Source: Synergistales bacterium (GTDB lineage Bacteria; Synergistota; Synergistia; Synergistales; JAFGMB01). From it: DNA of 64,000 nt. Below the pieces are notes generated by a model. That model saw only the letters and a program-made list of their open reading frames with translations, had not been told where the DNA came from and searched no databases. The stretch covers positions 1,824,001-1,888,000 of the forward strand of contig OY762654.1 in NCBI GenBank assembly GCA_963666205.1, given 5' to 3'. Of this stretch, positions 49,302-58,481 are shown one piece after another; position 1 is the stretch's first letter; each line of letters starts with the position of its first letter. The position numbers and the translations under genes are program-made.

Positions 49302-50839
49302 CTGGCATTTCTCCTTTCAAGGCTCTTTTCCAGTGCCCGTAAAAGAGCCCTGGCTTTACTCCGGGTCTCCTCGTATTCTTTTTCAGGAACTGAATCGTAG
49401 ACGATGCCTGCGCCTGCCTGGACAGTGATGGTATTACCTTCCCGAACCAGGGTCCGGATGACGATACATGTATCCAGGTCCCCATCAAAGCTAATGTAGC
49501 CTACCGCCCCTGCATAGGGACCCCGGGGATAGGGTTCGAGTTCCTCTATGATCTCCATAGCCCGGATCTTGGGGGCACCTGAAACGGTACCAGCCGGGAA
49601 AGAGGACTCTAGAACATCCAGGGAGCTCAGGTCCTTCCGTTTTTTACCTTCCACCTGGGATACTATATGCATAACCTGTGAATAGTATTCCAACCCCATC
49701 AATTCCGTTACGGTTACTGTTCCCGTTCTGCAAACCCTGCCTAGATCGTTACGGGAAAGGTCTACAAGCATAAGATGTTCAGCTCGCTCCTTTTCGTCAG
49801 ATAGAAGATCTTCGGCCAGGATTCTGTCCTCTGACACGGAATTTCCCCGACGGCGGGTTCCAGCCAGCGGACGGGTGATAATATGTTCACCCTCCACGCG
49901 GACCAGAACTTCTGGCGATGATCCGATGAGTTCAAGTTCAGGAAGGTTTAGGTAGAAGAGATAAGGGGAGGGGTTGATCTCTTTAAGTGACTCGTATATT
50001 TCGAGGGAGGGAAGGTTGGTCTCGGTTGTAAAACGCTGTGACAGAACAACCTGACATATATCTCCGGCCATTATGTGCTCCCGTCCCTTTCTTACCATTT
50101 CGAGGAAGTCGCTTTTCGGTATGTGTGCCTGGATATCTCCAAGAAAGAAGGTTCCGCTGGAAGGATTTTCTGTAGGATCCTCTTCGATACGATCCGCAAG
50201 ATTTTCAAGGACTTGTACCCCTCCCAGGTAAAGGGCTTTCATTGAATTATGATCCGTATTTTCTGGAATGCGGACGTTATGTATAAGCAGGATCTGCCGG
50301 GTCTCATGATCGAGCGCTGCAACAGTAACAAACCCCATCAGCAGGGCTGCATCATGGCTTGAGGGGTTCAGTTTTTTCCCCGTTCCATGGAACAGGTCTT
50401 CCCATTTTTCCACCATGCCGTAACCGAAGTATCCGGCCACTCCTCCCGTAAAAGGGGGAAGATCTCCTTTTACCCGGGGTTTCCGGCAGGACAGGTAATC
50501 TCTGATAGCATTCCGGCTTCCCCCGGGAGAAGGATAAAAACTGGTTGGATAACCCTTTTCATTGATGACGGTACAGCCTTCATTGCTTACACGGAAGAGC
50601 CTTTCGGGGTCCACCCCGATGAAGGAATAACGGCCCTCCTTTTCTTTCCGGTGGCCGCTCTCAAGGAGGAAAGAGTTCACCCTTCCTTTGCTGAGTTTTC
50701 GATAGATGGAAAGGGGTGTCTCTTCTCCCATATCCATTTCCAGAACCAGGGGGATGAGGTTATACTGTCCTGTCTGGTTAGTGAAACTTTGCAGGCTCGT
50801 CATTTTCTCTCTGGTTTTGTCCGTTACTTGTCTCATCAT
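49298..50839 (-). CDS. trpE: Anthranilate synthase component I
   Basis: LLES (Trp feedback site), NPSPY, GSSPE, PLAGT, EH.MLVDL.RND, GT.SGAPK. Start at 50839 after GGAGG. Confidence 0.95.
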   Translation of the reverse strand: MMRQVTDKTREKMTSLQSFTNQTGQYNLIPLVLEMDMGEETPLSIYRKLSKGRVNSFLLESGHRKEKEGRYSFIGVDPERLFRVSNEGCTVINEKGYPTSFYPSPGGSRNAIRDYLSCRKPRVKGDLPPFTGGVAGYFGYGMVEKWEDLFHGTGKKLNPSSHDAALLMGFVTVAALDHETRQILLIHNVRIPENTDHNSMKALYLGGVQVLENLADRIEEDPTENPSSGTFFLGDIQAHIPKSDFLEMVRKGREHIMAGDICQVVLSQRFTTETNLPSLEIYESLKEINPSPYLFYLNLPELELIGSSPEVLVRVEGEHIITRPLAGTRRRGNSVSEDRILAEDLLSDEKERAEHLMLVDLSRNDLGRVCRTGTVTVTELMGLEYYSQVMHIVSQVEGKKRKDLSSLDVLESSFPAGTVSGAPKIRAMEIIEELEPYPRGPYAGAVGYISFDGDLDTCIVIRTLVREGNTITVQAGAGIVYDSVPEKEYEETRSKARALLRALEKSLERRNAR

Positions 50840-50881
50840 GGAAAACCTCCTGAACATCTCCTTACCCGCGGGTTAGGATAT

Positions 50882-50917
50882 AAAAAAAGGGGAGGGGCCT
50901 TAAGCAGGCCCCTCCCC
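50882..50917 (-). terminator. Second terminator hairpin in the trp leader
   Basis: Minus strand GGGGAGGGGCCT-gctta-AGGCCCCTCCCC-TTTTTTT. Confidence 0.8.
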
Positions 50918-50920
50918 GAT

Positions 50921-51046
50921 AAAAAAATACACGAAAGGCCTTGAAGTGAATCCCAATGGGATCCGCCTCCAAGGCCTCTCGCTAATCTATATACTTGCGA
51001 TCGATCAGGCTCCTGGCGGCAGACTTAGAAGATCTGCCACCACCAA
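50921..51046 (-). promoter_or_regulatory. Trp attenuator (1:2 pause, 2:3 antiterminator, 3:4 terminator)
   Basis: TGGTGGCAGA pairs with TCTGCCGCCA; CCGCCAGGAGCCT pairs with AGGCCTTGGAGGCGG; CGAGAGGCCTTGGAG pairs with CTTCAAGGCCTTTCG and is followed by TGTATTTTTTT. Confidence 0.85.
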
Positions 51047-51072
51047 TTCCGGGTTGTGAAAGCTTTACTCAT
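51025..51072 (-). CDS. trpL: trp operon leader peptide MSKAFTTRNWWWQIF
   Basis: 15-codon ORF with three consecutive TGG codons and SD AGGAG, directly upstream of trpE. Not in the ORF track. Confidence 0.92.
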   Translation of the reverse strand: MSKAFTTRNWWWQIF

Positions 51073-51107
51073 GATCGCACGCTCCTGTTTATAAGTTGTT
51101 GGCGGAA

Positions 51108-51137
51108 ATTATATCCTGCTTACAGTGGACCTGTCAA
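51108..51137 (-). promoter_or_regulatory. trp promoter
   Basis: Minus strand TTGACA-18 nt-TATAAT. Confidence 0.8.
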
Positions 51138-51877
51138 ATCGAAGTCAATTTTCCAGGAGAATCGAGATTCAATCTGTAGATAATTAAATTAACGAAAAGA
51201 CAAGGAGTTCCCCTCGCCTTTGTTGTGTTTTTATGCACTCTGGTGTTAGAGAAAGTTGGGGAGAGTTCGATAGCCATTGCAAGAGGGGCAGGAAAAGGGT
51301 TGTACGCTCCCATTACTGCATATGTCCCGTAACATGAAATTGTAATCAAGGGTGTAACTGGATAGCAAATTCATGTCCGCGGTCGAAAGATCAGAAGGAA
51401 GTTCAGAAACCCCTCCTATAAATACGATCCATGATTGGTCAATGCAAGGGCCGCTGTCAGCTTGTAAGACCAGTCGAATCTCCGTAAGTGCCATTATCCA
51501 ACGAAAGAACCTGTGCAAAAGATGTTGCTGAGAGGGGGATATCAAAACTCCGCATAAGAGAAAAGGAATAAATACCGTAACGCATTCTTTATAGCCTACC
51601 TAAACGAAAAGAATTATCAGGTTAAAAAATAAAAAGACAGTTAATCATAATATAAGGTAACAAAACAGACAGGTGATAATCGTTATTCCAGTAATATACA
51701 AATGGAATCAGGTCCTGAAATGACATTTTTGCCCCCGGTTGCTTCCTGCAAGGGATTTAGATACTAAATAGCTTAAGGGAAGATCTTCCATATTTGGGGA
51801 AGTAATCATTAATTCACTTAGTCAGTGTGATAATATAAAGAAAATAAATCAATTATCTCAGTAGAGGAGTGGATCTC

Positions 51878-52930
51878 ATGAAATCTCCTTTTCCAAGAAT
51901 TATGGGTATAGGTACAGCTGTTCCCGAGAACAGGTTTGAACAGGATAGGGTAAAAGAATTGGCAGAGGATTTCTTTAACGGTCATCTTCCGAACCTGGCC
52001 AGGTTTCTGCCGGTCTTTGACAATACCCTTATCAGGACCAGGTATTTTGTTCGGGAAGTGGAATGGTATTTGAAATCCCATACCTTTGCCGAAAAAAATG
52101 ATGTTTTTCAGAAAACGGCCCTTGAACTGGCCGTGAAGGCTTCAAAGAAAGCTATCAGCCAGGCTGGGGTGGATCCAGCTGATATAGATGGAGTAGTTTT
52201 CGTTTCATCCACGGGGATCGCCACGCCTTCCATAGACTCATATCTTATGCAGGAACTTGATATTTCAAGGAACGCTGCCCGAATGCCCATCTGGGGGATC
52301 GGCTGTGCGGGCGGAGTATCGGGACTTGCCAGGGCAGCGGAGATGGTGCAGGCACGGAACAGTGTCGCAGTTCTCCTGGTTTCGGTTGAAGTGTGCAGTA
52401 TCAGTTTCCAGATAGAAGACAAAAGCCTCGCAAATCTTGTGGGAACAAGTCTTTTTGCAGATGGGGCAGCTGCAGTGGTGGTCGGACCGGCTAATAGGGG
52501 TATGGAAATAAAGGGATCTCATAGCCGTCTCTTCGACAATACCGATTACATGATGGGTTGGGAAATCCTTGACTCAGGGCTTAAAGTGATTTTTTCAAAG
52601 GAGATCCCCGGCTTTGTCCTTAACAGGGTAAGCGGAATAATGGACGAGTTCTGTTATTCCTTCGGGATCAGCCGCCATGATGTAAGAAACTTTGTAACTC
52701 ACCCTGGCGGCCCCAGAGTTCTCGAAGCCTACGAGAAGGGACTTGAAATAACCGAAGATAAACTCTCTTCCGCATATAAAGTTCTCGCAGATTACGGCAA
52801 CATGTCCAGTCCTTCTGTGCTCTTCGTGCTGGAAGATTTTCTTGAGAATAATGAAGCTAGTGGTGACTATGGAGCAATGATGGCCCTTGGTCCAGGTTTT
52901 TCTGCGGAAGAGCTGCTTTTTAAATGGTGA
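51878..52930 (+). CDS. Type III polyketide synthase (BpsA/SrsA-like)
   Basis: Catalytic triad GIGCAGG, THPGG, YGNMSS; also STGIATPS, EVCS, LFADGAAA, GPGFS. Confidence 0.93.
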   Translation: MKSPFPRIMGIGTAVPENRFEQDRVKELAEDFFNGHLPNLARFLPVFDNTLIRTRYFVREVEWYLKSHTFAEKNDVFQKTALELAVKASKKAISQAGVDPADIDGVVFVSSTGIATPSIDSYLMQELDISRNAARMPIWGIGCAGGVSGLARAAEMVQARNSVAVLLVSVEVCSISFQIEDKSLANLVGTSLFADGAAAVVVGPANRGMEIKGSHSRLFDNTDYMMGWEILDSGLKVIFSKEIPGFVLNRVSGIMDEFCYSFGISRHDVRNFVTHPGGPRVLEAYEKGLEITEDKLSSAYKVLADYGNMSSPSVLFVLEDFLENNEASGDYGAMMALGPGFSAEELLFKW

Positions 52931-53439
52931 AGTTATTTTTAGCAGGATTACTTGTTTTCCTGCTCATTGAAAGGCTATTAGAACTGAAAAGAGCCGAAAG
53001 AAACAGAAAAAAGATCATTGAAAAGGGTGGTAGTGAGTGGGGAGCATCTCATTATCCTCTTTTCTTTATTCTTCATGGAGCATGGTTTTTTTGCTGGCCC
53101 CTCGAGGCAATCTCGAGAGGGTTCAAACTTAACCCATGGTGGTTCTTCTGGCTGAGTATTTTTATTTGTGCTGATGCTCTGAGATATTGGTGTATGTACC
53201 TGCTGGGTTCACTGTGGAATACAAGAATAATGATCTTACCCGGGGCCAGACGGGTAAGAAAAGGTCCCTATAAGTGGTTCTCCCATCCCATATATTTCGC
53301 AGTTTCTTTAATTCTCCTTACGGTGCCTCTCATTTTTAAGGCTGTGATTACAGCTGCAGTCATTTCAATTGCAAACATCCTGTTGCTTGTTTTTGTCCGC
53401 ATTCCCCAGGAAAAAGCTGCCCTGAAAACCCTCAGATAA
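52924..53439 (+). CDS. Isoprenylcysteine carboxyl methyltransferase family protein (BpsB/SrsB-like)
   Basis: ERL.EL..A.RN, G.SHYP...LH, LR.W....LG..WNTRI, GPY.W..HP.Y, RI..E. Overlaps the PKS stop codon. Confidence 0.88.
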   Translation: MVKLFLAGLLVFLLIERLLELKRAERNRKKIIEKGGSEWGASHYPLFFILHGAWFFCWPLEAISRGFKLNPWWFFWLSIFICADALRYWCMYLLGSLWNTRIMILPGARRVRKGPYKWFSHPIYFAVSLILLTVPLIFKAVITAAVISIANILLLVFVRIPQEKAALKTLR

Positions 53440-53569
53440 AAACATTTGATCCGAGTGGGAACAGGTTTTGAAAAATAATCTTGTAGTCTCAGATCAGTAA
53501 AATGGTTTTCAGGCGAGGAAATGCCTTCCCTGCATAAGTGTATTTATTTCAGCGATGAGTAGTCCATCT

Positions 53570-54355
53570 CTAGATCCTGACATTTCTGAAGCCCAGGCCT
53601 GCCGATATCTCGGCGGCACCTCTTTTGATCGCAGTGATCATTTCGTCCAGAAGGAGATCTGTTACCCGGATAGAAGGAGCGACAAGGGTCAGACTGGCTG
53701 CCAGGTTGCCATAGGCATTGAAGATCGGTGCTGCCACGGAGTAAAATCCCTCTTTTCTTTCAGATTGACTCAGGGCACAACCCCATTGCCGTACCTTGTC
53801 TATTTCTTTGATCATCTGTTCCCTGTCCGTTATGGTGTGGGGAGTGATCGGTTTTACCTCTTCCAGTATCCGATCCCTTTCTTTTTCTGCCATATATGCA
53901 AGAAAGATCTTACTTGAAGCACCTGCCCAGATTATGGTTTTTGTACCTTTTTTTACGGATATCTTCAGGGGAAGGTGACTTTCCAGGGTTTCGTAACATA
54001 TCCTGTAATTACCATCACGGATCATTAAAATAACCGTTTCATTGAACAGTTCCCTTATACCTTCCATAACAGGCAGGGATATCTGTTTCAGCGGAGCTGT
54101 TTCCTGAGAGATAACACCCAGAGTAGAGATCAGATGTCCCAGCCGGAATCTTTTTGTCTCGGGATCCCGGTCAATGATCCCCTCTTCATGGAGAACCTTG
54201 AGGATCCTCGATGTGGTTGGCACAGGAAGATCCAGTTTCCTTGCTATCTCCGCCTGGCTAAGGGTGGGTGCTGTTATTGAAAAGCATTTGAGAACCGCTA
54301 TGGCTTTTGAGATGGTTCTGGTCCCTTCTATATTCCGGATGATCTTTTCCTCCAA
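53570..54355 (-). CDS. IclR family transcriptional regulator
   Basis: KAIAVLKCF, EIA..L.LP..T..R.L HTH, ETV.L, GASSK.FLA, SVAAPI. Probable TTG start at 54355. Confidence 0.92.
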   Translation of the reverse strand: MEEKIIRNIEGTRTISKAIAVLKCFSITAPTLSQAEIARKLDLPVPTTSRILKVLHEEGIIDRDPETKRFRLGHLISTLGVISQETAPLKQISLPVMEGIRELFNETVILMIRDGNYRICYETLESHLPLKISVKKGTKTIIWAGASSKIFLAYMAEKERDRILEEVKPITPHTITDREQMIKEIDKVRQWGCALSQSERKEGFYSVAAPIFNAYGNLAASLTLVAPSIRVTDLLLDEMITAIKRGAAEISAGLGFRNVRI

Positions 54356-54415
54356 GGATCCTTCCTCCTGGCATAAATTCTCAATGATCAGTGAAAACAA
54401 GTTATCTGAAAATAC

Positions 54416-54491
54416 TTGACATAAAACAACCATGGTTTATATTGAAAATATATTCCACATAATAATATATTATTCCATATGTTGGAATAAT
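54416..54491 (+). promoter_or_regulatory. Promoter and IclR-type operator
   Basis: TTGACA-16 nt-TATATT, then the palindrome ATTATTCCA-tatgt-TGGAATAAT (54469-54491) and a half-site TATTCCACAT at 54451. Confidence 0.6.
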
Positions 54492-54536
54492 TCAAGTCTG
54501 ATATTTCAAGAAATGTAAAAAGGGGGCCAGGTTCTA

Positions 54537-55397
54537 TTGAAAAAAACGACCTTATTCAGAAAACTCATCAACGATCCTGAAATACTTGTTTTACCAGGTG
54601 CACATGATGCTTTAACGGCAAGGGTTATCGAGAAAACAGGTTTCAAGGCAGTTACATGCGGCGGATACAGTCTGGCTGCGAGTCTTCTGGGAAAACCCGA
54701 CATAGGACTCCTTGGTATGAAGGAAATGGCAGATCAGTATCGAAATATGGTAGAGGCAGTCGACATCCCTGTTTTTGCTGACGGAGATACGGGTTATGGA
54801 GATGTCAATAACGTTATGCGCACGGTCAGGGAATATGAAAAAGCGGGTGTGGCCGGTCTGTTCATAGAGGATCAGGTTTTCCCAAAACGCTGCGGGCATA
54901 TGGAAGGCAAGAATGTGATACCGGCTGAAGAGATGGTGGCCAAGATCAGGGCTGCAGTATATGCAAGGGAAGACGAGGATCTCGTTCTTATGGCCAGGAC
55001 GGATGCCCTGGCGGTCCACGGTATAGATGAGGCTATCAGGAGAGGAAACCTGTATGCAGAAGCAGGGGCGGATCTTATCTTCATTGAAGCTGTATGTACC
55101 GTGGAAGACATGAAAAGGGTTAACGCCGAGATCTCTAAGCCGACCCTTGCCAACATGATAGAAGGAGGTAAAAGCCCCCTTCTTACCAACAGGGAGCTTG
55201 AAGATATAGGTTATAACGCCGTGGTATATCCATGTACCCTTACCTATGCTGTAACAAAGGCTTCCCTCGAGTGCATGGAAGTTCTTAAAAATACCGGCAC
55301 CACTGCAGGTTTCATGTCGAATCTGGTTCCCTTTGAAGAGTTCTTCAGATTCATCGGCGCCGAGGAGATACGCAGGAAGGAAAAGAATTTTTATTAA
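54537..55397 (+). CDS. Isocitrate lyase/PEP mutase family lyase (PrpB/2,3-dimethylmalate lyase-like)
   Basis: GKPDIGL, DGDTGYG, IEDQVFPKRCGH, ARTDA, NMIEGGK.P. Confidence 0.92.
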   Translation: MKKTTLFRKLINDPEILVLPGAHDALTARVIEKTGFKAVTCGGYSLAASLLGKPDIGLLGMKEMADQYRNMVEAVDIPVFADGDTGYGDVNNVMRTVREYEKAGVAGLFIEDQVFPKRCGHMEGKNVIPAEEMVAKIRAAVYAREDEDLVLMARTDALAVHGIDEAIRRGNLYAEAGADLIFIEAVCTVEDMKRVNAEISKPTLANMIEGGKSPLLTNRELEDIGYNAVVYPCTLTYAVTKASLECMEVLKNTGTTAGFMSNLVPFEEFFRFIGAEEIRRKEKNFY

Positions 55398-55423
55398 AGA
55401 AAAATATAAATTAACGAGGAGGT

Positions 55424-56416
55424 ATGGTTGCTATGAAGAGAGCAATAGTTATTTTAACGGTTTTAGCGTTCTGCCTGGTATCCGCAGGTGCTGCCATCGC
55501 TGTTGACAAGGTCTCCCTCAATCTTGGGCATACCGGTTCGACCAGTCATCATTATCACACCGCAAGTGAGAAGTTTGTCCAGCTTGTAAAGGAAAGGACC
55601 AATGGCGAGGTTGAGATCAATATCTTCCCTGCAAGCCAGCTTGGTTCCATTGCTGACATGACTGAATCGGTTCTTCTCGGTACCCAGGATATAGTCCTTA
55701 CAGCCGGACCTATCCTCGGGAATATGATCCCAGAGTTCCAGGCCCTGTATATGCCCTATATTTTCAGGGATTACGATCATATCGCCAGGTTTGAAAAGAG
55801 CGAAGCAGCAACTATTCTTGGAGACAAACTCAGGGATAATGGCGGAGTGATGCTTGGCTGGTGGGAAAATGGTTTCAGAGTTCTCACAAACAATAAAAAA
55901 CCCATTGTAAAACCTGAAGATATGGCTGGAATGAAAATAAGGGTCGGTAAAGCCCAGATCGCAGTAGATACATTCAAGGTTCTGAAGGTTAATCCCACTC
56001 CCATCGCCATAAGTGAACTTTATACTGCCCTTCAGCTTGGTACGGTGGATGGACAGGAAAATCCAACGGGGAGGATCCTGAGCGCCAAGTACTATGAAGT
56101 TCAGAAGTACCTTTCTATATCTCACCATCAGCATGCTTTTGAGACCCTTGTCATGAACAGGGATAAATTCGATTCCCTGTCAGCAGAGAATCAGAAAATA
56201 CTCCTTGAAACTGCAGCAGAGGTCGCCCTTTCTGACAGACAGGCTGTTGCGGATGAGGAAGAATCACAGATCAATGCTCTCAGGGAAAAGGGTATGTCCG
56301 TTAATGAAGTGGATATGGCCGCCTTCCAGGAAGCCATGTCTTCCCTTTACGATAAATATAATTCGGAACGCGGGGAAGAGTGGAAAAAACTGGTTGAACT
56401 GATACAGTCCCTTTAA
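55424..56416 (+). CDS. dctP: TRAP substrate-binding protein DctP
   Basis: FPASQLG, ENGFR, GMKIRV, LQLGTVDGQENP. Confidence 0.93.
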   Translation: MVAMKRAIVILTVLAFCLVSAGAAIAVDKVSLNLGHTGSTSHHYHTASEKFVQLVKERTNGEVEINIFPASQLGSIADMTESVLLGTQDIVLTAGPILGNMIPEFQALYMPYIFRDYDHIARFEKSEAATILGDKLRDNGGVMLGWWENGFRVLTNNKKPIVKPEDMAGMKIRVGKAQIAVDTFKVLKVNPTPIAISELYTALQLGTVDGQENPTGRILSAKYYEVQKYLSISHHQHAFETLVMNRDKFDSLSAENQKILLETAAEVALSDRQAVADEEESQINALREKGMSVNEVDMAAFQEAMSSLYDKYNSERGEEWKKLVELIQSL

Positions 56417-56487
56417 CCTGTCCAGAACTCATCGCGAGGGTGCAGCCTGAAAAACAGGCTGCACCTTACTCATACGGAGGTTATGTA

Positions 56488-56982
56488 ATGTTGTTTCAGA
56501 TGGTTCTTGATCTGCTTAACAGGATAACCCGTATTTTCATGATAGGTATTATCCTGTCCATGTCCCTTATCCTGCTGTTACAGATAGTTTCCAGGTTCCT
56601 GGTTTTCATGCCCCTTTCCTGGTCCCAGGAACTTCTTCAGTATCTGAATATCTGGCTTGTTTTTCTGGGAGCTGCTGTTGCCGTCAAGGAACAGGCTCAC
56701 ATCAAAGTTGATTTTGTAGTGGAACATTTTTCTGTTTCCGCAAGGAAATTCTTCAGGATCTTTTCCTATCTTGCAAGCGGTCTCCTTGTATCACTGGTGG
56801 CAACCCAGGCCTATGAACTCATGGGAAAAACAATGAATAAAACCACGGGATCCTTTCCTGTGCCGGTGGGATATTTTTATTTAAGCCTTCTTGTGGGGTG
56901 TTCTCTCATGACGCTGAACTACATTTTTCTGATCTATGCCGAACTCACCCCCTCCGTAGAAGGGGGGAGTCTTGGATCATGA
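56488..56982 (+). CDS. dctQ: TRAP small permease DctQ
   Basis: QIVSRF, WSQEL, W.VFLGAA, HI.VD. Start at ATG 56488 (SD GGAGG). Confidence 0.9.
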   Translation: MLFQMVLDLLNRITRIFMIGIILSMSLILLLQIVSRFLVFMPLSWSQELLQYLNIWLVFLGAAVAVKEQAHIKVDFVVEHFSVSARKFFRIFSYLASGLLVSLVATQAYELMGKTMNKTTGSFPVPVGYFYLSLLVGCSLMTLNYIFLIYAELTPSVEGGSLGS

Positions 56983-58259
56983 CAGCCTTTCTTTTCATAA
57001 TCTTTGTAGTCCTCCTCCTTTTTTCCGTCCCCATCGCTGTATCCCTTGGAGGAGCATCTTTACTGGGTATAGCCTTTAAGACGAGCATTCCCACCTTTAT
57101 CGTAGCCCAGAGAATGGTGGGGGGGATCAACAAGTTCCCCATCCTTGCCCTGGTTTTCTTCATCCTGGCTGGAAATGTTATGACAGAAGGCGGAGTTTCA
57201 AGAAAGCTTGTTCAATTTGCAAACGCCTTTGTGGGTAAAATTTCCGGAGGACTGGCTATCGTATCTACCCTTGCTGCCATGTTCTTCGGTGCCATATCAG
57301 GTTCTTCCGCAGCAACAACTGCAGCCATAGGCTCCATAATGATTCCTTATATGAAAGAAGCAGGGTACAAGGAAGATTTTTCTGCGGCGGTAATTGCCTG
57401 TTCAGGTCTGTTAGGACTACTGATACCTCCAAGCGGGACCATGATCCTTTATGCCCTGATAGCAGATGTTTCCATATTACGGCTCTTTATTGCCGGAATA
57501 GTGCCAGGAGTGCTTATAGGGTTGAGCCTGATGTGCGTGGAGTACTTTATTTCAAAGAAGAGGGGCTATAAAGCCCTTGATCTGGAAAAGGAACATGTAT
57601 CAAAAGGAAGAATATTCAGGGACAGTATATTTGCCCTCCTCTCACCCTTCATAATTTTGGGAGGGATCTATTCCGGGATCTTTACTCCAACTGAAGCAGC
57701 AGGAGTGGCAGTATTCTACGGGCTCTTTGTGGGTGTCTTCATATACAGGGATATGTCTCTGAAAAAACTTTTCAAAGCCTGTTACGGTTCGGCTCTCAGT
57801 GCTGCGGTCATAATGTTCCTGATATCGACGGCTTCCATTTTTGCCTGGCTCCTTGCGACACAGCAGATCCCTCAGCACCTGATCAGGATGGTTACATCAG
57901 TTTCTACGGATCCGAAGGTGATACTCCTCCTCATAAACATCGGACTCCTTGTTGCAGGAACATTCCTTGACAATGTGGCAGCCATAACCCTGCTTACACC
58001 AATCCTGCATCCCCTGGTGGTATCTCTTGGTATTGATCCGGTTTTCTTCGGTGTTGTAATGATAACCAACCTTGCCATAGGTCAGGTTACTCCTCCTGTG
58101 GGAATGAACCTGTTTGTGGTGTCCAACATCTCGAAGATACCCATTGAAAGGATAGCGAAGGAGGCCCTGCCATTTCTGGCGGTGCTTATATTCGACCTTT
58201 TCCTCATTACCTATATCCCCGGTCTGATAACCTTCCTGCCCGATCTGATACTTCATTGA
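56979..58259 (+). CDS. dctM: TRAP large permease DctM
   Basis: ISGSSAAT, LIPPS, GIFTPTEAA, VTPPVG. ATGA overlap with dctQ. Confidence 0.93.
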   Translation: MTAFLFIIFVVLLLFSVPIAVSLGGASLLGIAFKTSIPTFIVAQRMVGGINKFPILALVFFILAGNVMTEGGVSRKLVQFANAFVGKISGGLAIVSTLAAMFFGAISGSSAATTAAIGSIMIPYMKEAGYKEDFSAAVIACSGLLGLLIPPSGTMILYALIADVSILRLFIAGIVPGVLIGLSLMCVEYFISKKRGYKALDLEKEHVSKGRIFRDSIFALLSPFIILGGIYSGIFTPTEAAGVAVFYGLFVGVFIYRDMSLKKLFKACYGSALSAAVIMFLISTASIFAWLLATQQIPQHLIRMVTSVSTDPKVILLLINIGLLVAGTFLDNVAAITLLTPILHPLVVSLGIDPVFFGVVMITNLAIGQVTPPVGMNLFVVSNISKIPIERIAKEALPFLAVLIFDLFLITYIPGLITFLPDLILH

Positions 58260-58380
58260 TTAGGAAGAAGTATAGGGGGGCTACCCTTAGGGAGAAAAGG
58301 GAAATAAAAAGATAGACTTTTGAAAAATCGCTACAACGTTTTAATTACCATTCCTTTGTGTTCTTAGTGGCAACATATTA

Positions 58381-58421
58381 TTTACGATCAAGGGAGGCGA
58401 TAACCCTCCCTTGATCGTAAA
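58381..58421. terminator. Hairpin between convergent operons (likely bidirectional terminator)
   Basis: TTTACGATCAAGGGAGG-cgataac-CCTCCCTTGATCGTAAA. Confidence 0.7.
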
Positions 58422-58481
58422 CTACATTATTAATTTTTTAACCAAAGAATTTTCAAGAGAAAGATTGCCAGAAAGATCCCG

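Noticed and set aside
50860-51110. T-box riboswitch in the trp leader
   Set aside because: No T-box consensus or stem I was found; the WWW leader peptide explains the region.
51300-51400. FDRGHEFA...WER resembling an IS30 transposase motif on the minus strand
   Set aside because: The frame is full of stops, the spacing does not fit, and no IS ends were found; likely chance.
48732-53439. Anthranilate-primed quinolone cluster (trpEG plus type III PKS)
   Set aside because: The genes are divergent, trpE has a normal Trp attenuator and feedback motif, there is no CoA ligase, and the PKS looks BpsA-like.
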